Assembly (NCBI GenBank): GCA_040954595.2 | Contig: CM082594.2 | Coordinates: forward strand, 6,147,962 to 6,211,961 | Source: Balanoglossus misakiensis | Taxonomy: Eukaryota; Animalia; Hemichordata | Length of the DNA: 64,000 bases | Direction: 5' to 3' | In this document: positions 1 through 14,465 of the stretch, in pieces | Position numbering within the stretch: position 1 is the stretch's first letter | Layout of the letters: the number at the start of each line of letters is the position of its first letter | Notes under the pieces: generated by a model | The model's input: only the letters and a program-made list of their open reading frames with translations | Database searches by the model: none | Told to the model about the DNA's origin: nothing | Translations under genes and position numbers: made by a program

Positions 1-3000
1 TTTCTCGTTTTAATCCTCCCCAAAGGAAATATACGGAGACGTTTCCATTCCCAATATGAAAAAAAGGTTGCTAGTTGACATTATGAAATGACATGAAAGA
101 GCCATGGCAGCCATGGCTATAGCTCTTCTGAAAATAATTTTCTACCGATACATTCCAATTTGACCACTTGGATCATACAGAACGTTTAGTATAGTGGCAA
201 TAACACTGCACCGATACCTGATGGAACAGCTAATACAATTATCGTCTCATACCCCGGATTAAGCAGGAGCACTCGTATACGAGAGCACGTGATTTACTGA
301 TTGTGTCGACGGGATACTGTTAGCCAGGGAAGGCAGTATTAGGGTCATTACAGCGTGGCTAGATTTTCTAAATCCCATCTGATTTTTGTCTTTTTGAATT
401 TCGAGACTGATCAGTGCTTATCGCATAACTGGTGAAGATACACGACTGTGCGCCTGCGCAGATCATTATTACATAAAACATACGAAGCATGTAAGCTTTA
501 GGTAATTATTCCCCAGATAAGGAAATGAATCAATCCGTCGTGGGATGTTGAGAGGTCGACGGCACAGTCTCCGTTGTTCACTGGGAAGACATGAACTGAA
601 GATACTTTCACAGGAGTTTGTTGAGAAATCTGAGTAACAGCTAAATAATTACCAAGTGGCTGCCACATACTTCTGATCAGATTACATGATATGTTTCATC
701 CTACCACAGTCCCTGGGACTCTGATCCTACTAATTATACTCCACTCAACTCACCAAGAGATTTCACCTGACTTCACATATATCTACCTAAATCGATAATA
801 TATACATCGGTCAACTTCTACCATATATTTTACACAATACGACCGAATATTTTACAAGGGATGACCATATATTTGAACTAATCCGAAGATATGCGTTCAG
901 CCAACTCGTCTATATTGACTCAGCGCTAAGAGTGTTAGTTTCTTTCAATTTTATCAAATCCAATAGAGACGTTCTTGATCTTAAACGCGCCGGGTAGTAT
1001 ACCTATGCAGCTTCAGTCATCTTCAAATAAATAGCGCAAGTTTAACGGTTTGTGGCCCATAAACCCACACTGTCAGGCCTGTGGCAATTCTATGGATATT
1101 ATGATCTTGCGATCTACCGCTTGGTTTTTACTGTCGCATATAAACCGTTGTCTTGTCTTTTGCAAACCGTAAATTATCTATCGCAGCCCCATTAAACTGT
1201 GTGTGTTTCAGAACAAGGTAAAATGCCAAGATATTGTTTTGTGTCGGGCATAAAATAAAATGACATGCACGCGGAATATAGACTAGCCCGGGCCCATCCG
1301 TGCAGATGTCCACCTGGCTAGCGTAATGAACATGGAATTGAAAAGGGGGAAATCAATACTCAGATTACGAGGGAGGGGCAATCGATTGTAAGTTTGCAAA
1401 CCCGAGATTAAGCCTGAGCGGGGCTTCGGTGTCATTTTTTTCAGACCCATATCTTGGCATGCAATCCGCGGAAATAATGAGGGGACTGACAATCACTTTG
1501 AATTTCTCTAGAAAATTATCCTGAGAAGATTTAATAATAAGCGAGCATGCATAATAGCATGCCGCGAAAAAACAGATGAGAAAAAAATATAGGCAGCCTG
1601 CAGGGTGTAGAACCTGACGTGATGATACAGGGTGGGCGTACAGGTGGTGTGAAGTTGGCTCCGCTGCAGGTGGTATTAAATTGGAGCACGTATTAAACTT
1701 GAAATTAGATATCACTAGCACCGAAAGAAATGTAATTTAGGTCGGTCGTATGACTGTTATATCTCTATGTAAGGAATCTGCAGTTGGCATGGTGACATAT
1801 TACAAGGAGTACATCCCTCAGTCTATATGTCCTTTGAGAGACAGAATCCATAATTATTTACTCTCGGTCTGTCTATGTTTAAGCTTATTATTGATGTCGT
1901 CAGCATTCCTGGATATCGCTAGGAAGGATTGCGTGCATATGTGTTTAACGTACATGTATATGGAAGAAATATTTATTTCGGAAAAGTTAGGTGAAATTGG
2001 TTTATGTAAAAAAGATGCTTTAATTAGCACCATTCCCCCGCTATTATCATAATCACACAACAGTCAACAAACAGAATGCGAATACTTTAAGTATTTTCAC
2101 TATCTGAGACTCTGTCTCGGATGAAGGAAACACAGAGAAAGCCGTGCTTTGCCTACGGTCGACTGAATGAGAACGCCAGTATTCTTCCAGTGTCGGCAAA
2201 ACATCACAAGAAAATGCACTGTGGACAAGTTTTTAATACCTCACACGCGCTTTTGAAAAGAACTGTCATCTCGCGATTGATTTTTTTCTTCAAAAAGTGC
2301 CGTGTGTGTAAAATAAGATGACAACTGGCGCAATTACGCCAAGACGAGCACCGCGTGAGTGGAATACTGATGACTATACACAACAATGAAGAGACGACAT
2401 ATAATATGTCATTATTACAAATAGGCTCTGCACATGTGATTAAAGCCACAAAGAAAGCACACTTCACCTCCAGATATGAAATCATACAATATCCTGTCTT
2501 AAGCCTTGAATAGTTCCCTTGAAGTACACGGTAATCATCTTCCGCCGGAACAAACAGTTCCCATTGGATTGTACAAACGATAATTGCAATTTTGTGTTGA
2601 AACATTTCCGTGATGAGTTAAGTTTGTTGGGGGTCAGTATGCACAGCATTCCATGCAGGCGAGGACAATGGTAAATGATCAGTGTGCGAGAAAGGAATTT
2701 TCACTTAAAACAAGGTACAGCCAGTTCAACACCCAATGGTGTACACTTTCACTCCAAATACAGTGTGTTTACGTATATAAGTATGCTAATAACCTAGTTG
2801 AATACAAGTAAATAATTGTTGTCATTGCAAAACATAATACATACAATAGTGGCGGAAATGACGTTTAGAATGTTACATGAACTTTGCAAACGCATGAGAC
2901 AGCTGCTCACAAGTTGCACATAATACCGAACAATATGATTCTGAGCCTATGAAGTTGACAAATTTCAACTCAATGAGTCTCCACCGAAGTAAGCAGCCGT

Positions 3001-5192
3001 CTCTATTACCCCGCACGTGCCGCCAGTAAAATTAACACTCCATAAACAATAATGGCAATACTTTATTGTAACAACTGCTAAAGTGGAATAATTTAGTCAC
3101 TATATCAAAATGGTATCTATTCCAGTGAGTCAATGTATTCTGAGCAAAACTTGATAAATTAACACTGTTGAAATGTGAAAAATACGACAACGTTGTCTGC
3201 ACTTGCGACTCTAGTCAACATCAATCATATCTTGTTGTAAATTGTTGTGGATCATATAACCGGAGTAAAATAATGAATGACTAAAAGGGTGATACAAATC
3301 ACCATTTTACTGTTAGCAAGCTACAATCAAATATGAGAGACCCTGGCCTAATGCTTTTCAAGTCACTTACATGTACATGTAGTTTTATATGTACATGTTT
3401 ACTAAAACTAAACACTGAAACACATTGTCTGTGACAGGAGGACAACACCATGATGATGGACGGGCTGAGCGCATTCATAAACTATTGTAACGACATGTCC
3501 CTTGTTGCAAACAAAATATTTTGACTATCCGTTTTGAACAATGATGGCGCTGTTTCAAACGCACTGACTTGCCAAGTGCATGACTTCTTATGTTGTACTC
3601 CATTGACAACTTAAAACAACCACCATCCCTTAGTCTGCAAATTCCAATTGTTTTTGTAAAACTTACTACGCCACAAAATGTTATCATCACTTTTGAAATG
3701 CCTATATCCATTTAATAGGTTTGAAAATATACAGACACGGTGCAACAACTCGCGCCCTGTTCAATATCATACCGTGATCTTTCATGACAAGCCTGGTGAC
3801 CGGTTATAAAATTGATGAGATCATTCGAGTATGACCCGATCAACGAATCGATTTATCTTTTTATGACATAATCAAATTAACAGAAGGATGTTTCTCTCGT
3901 TACACTTTGGTTTTACTGCGCCGTGACAACTCGCACAGAGTTTCTTGTCATCCGACTAAGAACAGTTTTAGGCTAACCATGTTAACAGTCATTATAATCC
4001 TTGTATATGTTCCATCCGGTCAATATATCATGATGAACACAGGAACCGATGTCGCTACAAAACTGTGAAGGCTATTGCCCTAATAACATGTGTGATCAAA
4101 TATCAAAGACTATTAAATAAATTCATATAAGACGGTGTCATGTTTGTTACTTGTAGCTGAAATATGCATATCCGGTAACCCAAAACTTTGTCCTAGGATG
4201 AACTGTACATACCCAAATGTTTTTTATATTTTTCATATTTTCAAAAATACTAATATCACATGATTGATGATGCTTTGGATTTGTGACAGTGAAAGTAATA
4301 ACCTAGCGCCCCCAAACTAAAATTATAACGATTTTGTCTTAGAAGTTACCGCGTTTCTTCTCAGGGGAACCGGCCACCAATGTATCTGGCCATTGTTCGT
4401 TACCTCCACTAAACAGTATTTAAATCAGTGTGCGTCATTACAAACATTTACATTGCAATAAGTGGTTTATATGCGGCATTACGAAAAATAAATAATTGTG
4501 ACTTCATATACCAATGGAATTAAAACCCTAAAGCAATCTTCCATGTCATTAATTAAGGTCGAGACTCATTTATACATCTATGGCTCTGTACACATCTTCG
4601 CATGGAATTAACTGACACACTCGGATAATTGTAATTTTGTAAAAATTAATGTCCACAGGGTAATAACATGCCAAAAATGAAAGTTTGTCAAATATTTAGT
4701 AACAAAAGCAAGGTTCTATCATTACTCAATTTAACGAGAGTACCATGCACTTTTTGTCGTCGGCAACCAAACCGATCAAATAAACCAGGGCAGATTAAAT
4801 TACCGTGACCATCTAAAATCAGCTCATTAAAACAGGGATTAAAATGATATGCTCATTAATCACATTTTGATATCTTTTCAATAATTTTGACCCTAGGCTT
4901 GGCACCGTGATGAAGCGCATCAGAAAATGAAATATTAACTTTCCTCTGTTATGACAAAACTATTTTTTCAAGTTGCAAGTCAAACTCAGAAGAGGTGTGG
5001 GGGATTGTCAAGGGTTCATTGGAGAAATGGTCATCTTCGACAGGTTATTCTCGTGTAGGGAAAGGACTCACACACTATTACAAAATATAACAACAATCAT
5101 CACCTGACTGACTATATCTCCGAGTCAGTCAGAGACTTTCTAAAACTTTTCACTCGCAACCAAAAGAACAGAGAGGACTGCTTAGATTGAAA

Positions 5193-5272
5193 TAGCGCCA
5201 CCCTGCGTCCATATTTAATCTCTGCACAGCATCCTTTGCACAAAGGATTTGACCAGCGCCACCAAGTGGTCA
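5193..5272 (-). promoter_or_regulatory. Pair of co-oriented CTCF-like motifs
   Basis: Reverse complements tggacgcagggtggcgcta (5193-5211) and tgaccacttggtggcgctg (5254-5272) resemble TGGCCACCAGGGGGCGCTA. Confidence 0.4.
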
Positions 5273-8200
5273 TGGTTACTTGTATTGCCGACCAAAGTAA
5301 GCTTGTACACTCGGCCTAGAATTGAAGTTGCTACATGAAGGCCAGACTAGAATTCAGCTCTCAACAATACCAAAACTGACTGTACAAAAAGAACTGATAA
5401 ACTTAATAAGCTCTGACTGAGTAATATTTCCCGACATGGTTTCTGTATTGCTGAAAAATGATTGTGGACTTGAGTATTTACACAAGATGAGTTGCGAGAC
5501 TGCAGCTCCAACATAATAAAAAATATTTGAAATGATGTCAAAAAATATTGCCCCCTCAAGAATAACATAGTAAGATTTTGATTAAATACAAAAAGTGGAA
5601 CGCTGGCATCCTCATGTGGTCACTGTGTGTCCTCTATTCTAGGAAAATCACTGTAATATCTTGGATTCATTAGTAAAACATATATCCGTACGTTTGTTTA
5701 AGGTCAAAATACATTGAAGCATCAAACTTGATTAAAACATACAGGCTTCAATCATCTTCTTGCCGGAAAGCATGCTTTTATTTGCATCAGGGCGCAATCA
5801 TTTGCGAAGACTGATCCAATATGTTTCCATGGTTTCATTTCCCCGACTCTTGATTTTCATGTATTCGCTGATTATTATTGGTTTTTACTCGAGGTCCACC
5901 ACTCAGCCTGGAACGCCGGTCAATATTATTTCGAAATATCTTTTTTCGTCTTCTTCAACGTCCACGGGCGGTGTAAAGTATATCGCAGCTGGCTGCCGAT
6001 TTACGCTCAGGTTTTTAGAGTTTAATTTATTTAGTAAAGTAAAGTGTGTCTACATTTCATGCCGCGTATAGGTCAGGGACGTTGACCGGCTTGGAGTTCC
6101 TGCTTTTTTAATCCGTCAGAAGCACCGAGCCAGCTTTAATTTTCTTGGTCGGTCTTCTGATTCAACTTGTTCTGTCTGCGCGCATGCCACGCCGATATAC
6201 GCAATACAGTGATTTCTGTAAGACTCAGCTCAGATTGCTGTCACGTGACGGTAAATCGTAGCTGCGGGATTTCAGAGCCGCTAACAAAATCTCTTAGTCT
6301 GGCATTTCCTGTGCTGTGTTGACATAGAAGTGTATCGTGCAACTATAAGAGTGTGTGGCGTTACATAGTTAACAAATACTAAGGTGTAATGATAGTTGCA
6401 ATATTTATGCAGGCTTCCGTTCGGTGGAGCCGAGTTTGCTCGAGTATATGTTATATTATTTATCTATACTCCATCACTATCACACTCTCCCAACATAGAC
6501 ACTACGTTGTCATTTACAATTACACGACCATATTTTGTATTCATGTCTTTCACACACAGCTTCTATTTCACAGAATCATCTCCAATTTATGGTTAGGCCA
6601 AGGAGTATTTTCCCCTTTCCTGTTTTTGTCAACATACACCAAGCGATTTTTTTCTTCTAATTACTGCTCACTGGGATTTCACAATAATTCAATTACACAC
6701 CTTTTCAAGGTAATGCACTGAGAGCATTCTCAACATAGAGAATTGGCCTTAGGATCACACAGTGCACATGTTGAATATGGAGGTTTAAGCGCGCCATCAC
6801 CGACAAAGCTAAGATAAAGAAATGTGGCATTTTCAGTCGAAAACTTTAACATAATCAGCAGGGAAAACGGTGAAGGACGATAGTTAGTACAGGGGAACAA
6901 TATGTGTACTTTTTTTACTTTATGGCCCTGTGGTATTTATAAATCATAATACACGTACTGCGTGTTTATTTGGGTGAATCATGGTGCTCCAGATGACTGA
7001 ACGTGTCTGCATCGTGTTTTGAGAATTTCGAGAGAGAAAAAGAGCCCGGGCAATTTACAGTTGTGTAAGTAATATGGTGTGTGCATTTATCAAATATTAA
7101 ACACAGCATGACGATGCTTTGTCGTGGTTATGTCAAATGCACGTAGTGTGACCAATGGAAACAGACTCTAGTGGAAAACAAGCAGTTTCATATGTTCATG
7201 TAACCAGTGTGGACTTTAGTCCAGTAATAACAGTGCGCAGGCTGCATGTTGTTGGCAACAGAGTTGTTGGCACCGAAGGCGACAGACAGTCTGATCAACA
7301 AACAAGTTAAAAGCCCGATTTATAGCAACGCTTCAAGATGATCGAGCGATTTCATTTTAGTTGTGGCAAAGAGGCTCTCGTTTACTTAAAGCAATCGTTG
7401 CGGCCGGGAGGCATATAATAGACTCAGTTTCGATTCAACAACGTCGCCCATTACACCATCCTCCCTCTCCACATTTTTAATCGTACATTAGATCGTCCCG
7501 GTACACGTACATACTCAGACGATTAACAACTTATTTAACACAATCTGCATAATATCAGACACTACACCGTCGTATAGGACCCACAGTCCAACACCACCAC
7601 TGCCACGGCTGCTAGGAGACTAAGATTGGTGATAAACACACATATGAGTAATTATGGTCGATGCGCCAAGTGTTGGACTCGACGACTCACTCTCACGAGC
7701 ATTGAAACAACGTCACGATGTAGAAATGTATAATAATGTATTTATCAGTCCAATTCGATATGCGGTAATCAATTCAAGTTCTGGCGACCGCTAATAATGG
7801 GAAACTGCAACAATCAGGACCATATGCTTTAAATTGAAACAAACATACAACGTAAACAATCTTGCTTGATGCATGAATTACCCTTAGACTGAAAAAGCTG
7901 TGGATTAAAGCGCCATCATCTGGCTGTAACATTTCCTTGACTTGTCTTGTTTTGATGAAGTCTGTCACTTTCCGAGAAAAACGACTACAGGTGGGCTGTT
8001 TGATAAGTTCTTTGAATATTTAAATAGCCATTCAGACGTAATGAGATTGATTAATATCACCTGTCCATCACCTATCAAAAGAACGACACTTCAAACGCGT
8101 CTCACTATATTCAGATTAACCTTATCGTTTCTGTCTCACTTAATTGTTTTTATTTTCTTGAGGCATTTGATGCTTATCAAAAGAACTAAGAAATATAAAG

Positions 8201-11200
8201 TAAATATTACGCCTCGATTCCGACCTGTTTATTCTGTCTGGCGCGAATCGCGCACAGGGACCAAAATCAATTTCTCGATTTATGTTTAAATTAAAATTCC
8301 ACAAAGCTACTGGAAATTGTTGTGCAGAAACCCATACGCTGAAGCGAACTGCACCTTTACAATCGATAGCGCTGTGTTGTCATGCATAACGTCGTTTTAA
8401 TTCATGCACATATGGCGGAAGTGGAGTGATATTAAAAGCTGGGGTCCCCAAACGTCAATCATATCTTTTGATCGCAGACACCCCACCATTAAGAAAATTG
8501 CACTTGTTACAGAGGATCTCAGACCGACTAAACTGCCATCATTACGGCGGTTGGAACAAGACGGGTATTGTGTAAGACAGATACGAGATCGAGAAACTGA
8601 CAGCTATGATGAAGACGTGTCGATTATTTAGATTGATAAATGATTAAAGAAACAGCTTCTAAATGAGAACTTTCAATAGCTTTACAGCAATGTACGCACC
8701 ATAATGTTACGCAAATGGCAGCAAACACAGTTGACAGTGGAGTCAATCTGACATATCAGGTCAACTGTATATTTCGCGAGTATAACAGGGGCTTTATTTG
8801 TTTTCACACGTCTACGACAATGCCAGATGGAGCAATTAACTTCTGTACAGAGAAGTGAGATACATGTATGTTGCTTGTGGTGTTTTTAACTGTCGCTTAA
8901 GTTTCATTTCAAGTCAAATTTCTAACAGGACTACTATCCATGTACAAACTCTGCCACGGTCAGTGACCGTGTGTCAGGGAAACACTACGACAATTAACCT
9001 CTTTCGACTTTATGGATGACCTGACATCCTGTTTTCCTTCATGCTATGTGCTCTTTCACCCCAAAAGATTTATTATCCTTCGGTCGTGAACAATGGAAAC
9101 ATTTGAAATGGCATAAAGTTGCAATTAAGTACCTACGCTGAAGAGAACGACCTATTTTGTGAAGAAACACCTAAGAACCAGCTAGGTGTCAGGTCACAGA
9201 TGTAAAGAGACAAGACTTGTTTGTAATATGAAGTTTACCAACAATTTCCTTTGCAAAGTTTGTTCAAAGTCTGAGACAAAGTGGACTGCCGTGTTATTAA
9301 ATTTTCAAAGTTACTGAATCTTCAAAGCAAACGTGTTTCCGAGTCACTCAATGAGTACATTAAGGTAGGTACACGTAGGTAAGTAAGCACTTAATTTTAA
9401 GCAAGTAAGGATGTCGAACTGACGACAATCTAATCACATTCAGATCCCCCATGGACGTATAGCACCCTTAATAGTGGTTCGGGTAGATATATGATTTCCC
9501 TCGAACAAATCAATGCAGAAAACTTAATACAACCCCTCCCCGGGTAAAACAAAATCGAGCCTCTCATTAGCGACATGGATGGGTTCAGTTTTGTCATGGT
9601 TAGATACATATGCCCTACTCCCTTGCTGGCAGTGTCCGTAATGAGAACGTGAGCAATGACATGGGAACTGCTCCGTTTTATGTTACAAATTGTTCTCCGG
9701 GTGGCCTGGTTGAGCTATTACGCACGTCTGTCATACAAAACTTTGGATGCTTTCTGGTCATTTGTAGTTAACTGTGATCGCAAGACCGTGATCACACGCG
9801 CCGACTTTTCCCTTCTTGCAGAAAGAAAATCAACCGCTATCTCTTTCAATTACCCGAACTGCATGATTGTGCATTTGCTCTTAGCACTTTGCTGAAATTT
9901 CTGCCATCCGCACGTGAACGAACTGCTGAGTATGTTTACGGATGATCGCCCTTGAAACAGTGGGAAGGGATGGACCCCAAGGATGGTCGCATATATGAGA
10001 GACGCGCCTTTCAAGTTTGACATGCAATATCACTTATTTTAAGGATAGCATAAAATAAAGAGAGGATGCATTTGGTTCAATCGCTTGAATTATTTCAACT
10101 ACTGCTCTGATTTCTTCCCTGGACAGAATCTTTCATTTATGCGATACGCAAGTCTGCATCTACGATTATTCCTAAAGGAAGCAAGTGGCCGTGTATATAC
10201 ATTACAAACTCAGGTCTCATATTCAGTCAGTGAACCCCGACGTTTATGCCTTGAAACAAACAATAAGAACTTTGGTTGCATTCTTTTCAGCCATCACATG
10301 TCACAAACTCCGCCCTCAGTCGGTGTTGACGTCGACTACGCCACGTTCGCACTCAAGTAAATAAAGCCGGTCAAGTTGCATTCTACAGTAACAGTGTGAA
10401 AGCTGTGCTCCGAATCGAATAGCCTCGTTATGAAATTCTCTCTTGAGGCACTCTTAAAGAAAGCAACGCACGTGTCAAGTACATGTAAATTTTCCAGCAG
10501 ACGACCGATTCAAGTTCGACAAACCGAAAGAATGAGACAACACGATTGGACTCGAGTCAGTAGAGATTGGCGAGGGAAGCTCGGAGACGTAGTCAAGAAG
10601 CCATATTTAAGGAGTCACCTGGGGCGAGACGTCTACTTCAAACCTAATAATTTTTCAATTTGCCAGATTTTTTGTTTGACTTAGCTCGAGATGTCTGCGC
10701 GCGTCTTGAAGCATCCGGGCAGCTTGCAATTGCTTTGTTGAATTCTCGCATTCAACGCGAAATCAGGCCGAGTGATGATGGTGTGACCCACGGCTACAGC
10801 GGTGCCGCGCTATTTTCCCACTCATACCCTTTGTCTTGCTCTCTGAGCGAAGCAGACTACAACCACATATCTGACAAAATTAGTCCGTCTAATCCAATGT
10901 CGAAGAACTTTTCAAAGGCGAATACACGCAGGTAGCCTGAGGAGCGATCCTGCGATATACCTGTTCTGCACTGTACGGTGGTACTGACTCTGAAACGGTT
11001 TTATTGGAATGACGTTGATGAGAGCGCGACGCCCACAGGTTTAATGGTAGATAAGCATTTCGAAAAAAAAACCTGTAGCCGATGGACGGATAAGGTCTAC
11101 CCGGAGAAAATTCAAATATACCTGAAATCGACAATTTTTTTCAAAGTTGTGAAATAATTCACTGAGACATGTACATCATGGTAACGTACGAAATGAACAT

Positions 11201-14200
11201 CTATTCGCGTTGCAGTAAAGTAAAATACATATGACGCGTACGCAAGATTAAGATTGGCTATTATTTTGAGGATATTGATCAATTTTGTTTCATACCATAC
11301 GACATGTTAGAGCGAAAAGATGCAAATCTTTTGTGGTCTCGTGATCATTCTTCGTGCAATATAAAGAATGCGCACTGTATTCTAATTCTGTTATTTCACT
11401 GTGTCAGATAATACAAACGACAATTGCCCCTCAAGACGCTCACAACATTCTGTGAATCATAGAGACAAAATTACACCCCCTAAGATACTGAGTGCATTCT
11501 AAATTGTTGATTGTAATGTTGATTTAAATTCTTTTTTACCCTGTCGTATGCACGACACTCTTGCTGACCTTCGCAAGCATCAAATGGAGATTTCAGTCGG
11601 TGTTATGTCCAAGCCATCAGGTTAACGCTGTTTGTTTCCACGAACAGCGTCTCGCCGGACGGCAATAAAAAAAGTGTGAAAGATGGAGTCATTCGGACAA
11701 GGCCCCCTCAGGGCACAACACTGTCGGTCACTCTGGATGTAAGTAAAATTAACCCGTCGCGGTATAATCGATTGTGATCAAGACGAGAGGCTGTACCGCA
11801 GCCAGAATGCCCTTGGAGAAATCACAACGGCCGGTTGTACGTCTCCAAGTCCCCGGGAGAGGTTTTATCCTTGAGCGAAACACACGAAGTTGCCGCTGCA
11901 ATGTGGAGTCCATAAAGTTAACGTGCCTTTTATTTCCACCTATTACCACTAAACAATACTATGAATTTATGGCGTCTGGCCATTTAACAGTTAACGACCA
12001 ATTTCACTTGATTTTTTACGTTCCGCGTGGAAAATTTATCGTTCAGGTGTCCAAAGTGTGGCGTGGCCACTTAAGCAAGAATTAAGGCATTACCCACATA
12101 TGGCTAGGTAACGGACGTTGTTGAAAAAGCGTGGAACGCACGTAACTATCTTGAAGGTAGAGGGGTATGCGCTGTCAAATATATGTGAATGCACCCTTGA
12201 TGTAAATTTGCCCATTTCTGTTCCAGGTAGCGGAGACGACTACGCTGCTAGCGCCCGACGAATCACCCATTTTGAATTAATGTAACGACCAAAAAATTCC
12301 ACCTGAACGACAGGTAAATAAACCTGGGTGCTATTATCCATGGTGAGTTTTATAGGCTGGGCGGCAGAGAATAACACAAACGCCTCTTTTCGTCCTATTA
12401 TTTACATATGATGGTTTGACCGGTGCTCGTTAGTCTTCTCGGGTTCTCGCGAATGAATACCCGTCTTAGTTTGATCCTGTTCTTCTAGTAGCTGTGAGTT
12501 TGAAAGATTTATAATGATTTTCATTTCAAGGTTGCACCATCTCTCAACCCTTGCGCTGCTGATCAAATCCGCCACAAGTCTTCTCAGCGAATACTTCAGC
12601 CGTGTCATATCTGTTCAATATTAAGCTGCAGACAATAAAGCATCAACATGGCCGGCGTTTGTTTGAGCTGGAGCGGACAGGTGTCAATGTTTCTGGAGTG
12701 GATGGAATTACAGTAAATCACCCCCACTCTGTGCTAATCCGCAACCTGGTTATTCTTTTCACTTGGACAACTCAAGGTGGGCGACTAGTATCATCGCACA
12801 GACGATCTGGCTTTCCCGCCGCACAGTAAAACAATACTAATCCCATCAGGGAAAAAAATCTAATATCTGCCAGGGTCGGCTGTTATGAACATCTCATTCT
12901 TCAAGGGGATTCTTTGGGGTGCTGATCTTTCTGAAAAGACTTCGTGATGCCAATGGCTTTACTGGAGTTAAGCCTGAATGCTTTTGGCAACAATTAATTG
13001 ATAGTGGATGCTATCAGTGAAGCCACCTGATGGTACCTAAAAGTTTGAGCTTTTGTTGACCTTTAAAAGCGATGAATATTAGTAACCATATATATCAAAC
13101 ACCTTAATAATCAAAGAGTTTAGTTTCATTGAAATTGCCATCTGTAAGTACTAAAAATGATACCGTTTCTGCTAAGGTACAAAGCTTCCACACAGGAAAA
13201 GTTGGACAATTGACAAGTTATACAACCCATAATGCTTGGACCAGTAAGAAGAAATCAAACGTGTAATGCACAATGTTAAATTTATCGATTGACAACTGAC
13301 TGTATGGCAGCAATTTAACCGCACACAAGATGTTAACATACAGTTAGTTTTACTAACTGGCCACAACTTCTGGCAAACAAACCTTTTTCATACCTTAAAC
13401 GACATTATAGTTGTATTCAGGCGGCACTAACACGACAATCAAAGTAAATGCGTTCTCTAAATGAACGCCAGACCAAAGAAACAGATAATTTAGTGTCGAT
13501 TCGGTCCAGTTGATCCAAGGGACAATAAATGTCGACAAAATTTATCATAGACAGTCGACACCGAAATAGAGTGACCTGCGCTACATGCATTTCCATCTAC
13601 TGCCTATCGTAAAGTGTCATTTGTTCGACAGCATTTCCTAGTTTCATTCGTGGACACAGTTCTAACCAACAGTTGATAGCCCTGCTTAAAAGCTGTGAGC
13701 AAAGTTGAGTACTTTGTGCTACAGTGTAGAATTCTTGTACGTTCCTTGTAGCGTGAAAAGTGTCCCACCAGGTAATGCGTTGAGTTCGGTCCCGCCCTTT
13801 TAACTCGTCGATGGGTAGGAAGGCAAACAATGCGCGATGTTATCGTCATGCCACAAGTGACTCGGAAGTCAATAAAGTCAGATTCTTGCGCCATGATGTG
13901 AGAGTTTAGGTTCAGCTAATGTGATTTTAAGTGTGTGAAACTCACTTCAGTATCGCAAATAAAGCGCCTTGTCCAATACTGCACTAGTCTTATACTTTTT
14001 TTCAGGTGGCTCTGTATGTTCTGCAGTGCACACACAAAATGCTGTAAATCTGGGTCGCGGGAACCCCAAGAGATCAAACACATGTCAGGTTTTTCAGATG
14101 TCGGTGTAATTCCTTGTACATTTGGAGATACTCCCACTGGGATCAAATGACAGTAATTAGTTCTGTCGCTTGTTACTGTGGCCGCCACAACATGAAAGTG

Positions 14201-14303
14201 AATACACTCCTGTCCCACTGTTTCATCAAATTGCATTTTCCTCTTCACGATAAATGTTCTTTTAGTGTTTGCGACTTTATATGAACTCTGAAGGAGACAT
14301 CAC

Positions 14304-14465
14304 CTCAATATGTAAAACTAAACCCAAATGTAAAAGCATGCACTTAACCCACTATGTAATACTAACCCATTGCCAACATATCATAATACTTTACCCAATA
14401 TGTAATGCTAACTAATTCAATATGTAATACTAACCAAACATGAACACTTAACTCAATTTGTATAA
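14304..14465 (+). repeat. Degenerate minisatellite, unit about 18-20 bp (consensus near ccaatatgtaatactaac)
   Basis: caatatgtaaaactaaac, cactatgtaatactaacc, caatatgtaatgctaact and caatatgtaatactaacc recur in tandem. Confidence 0.7.

Noticed and set aside
1128-1313. HFILCPTQNNILAFYLV resembling NPR exon 2
   Set aside because: No AG acceptor in the right place or phase, and the downstream G-x-Y-x-F motif is absent.
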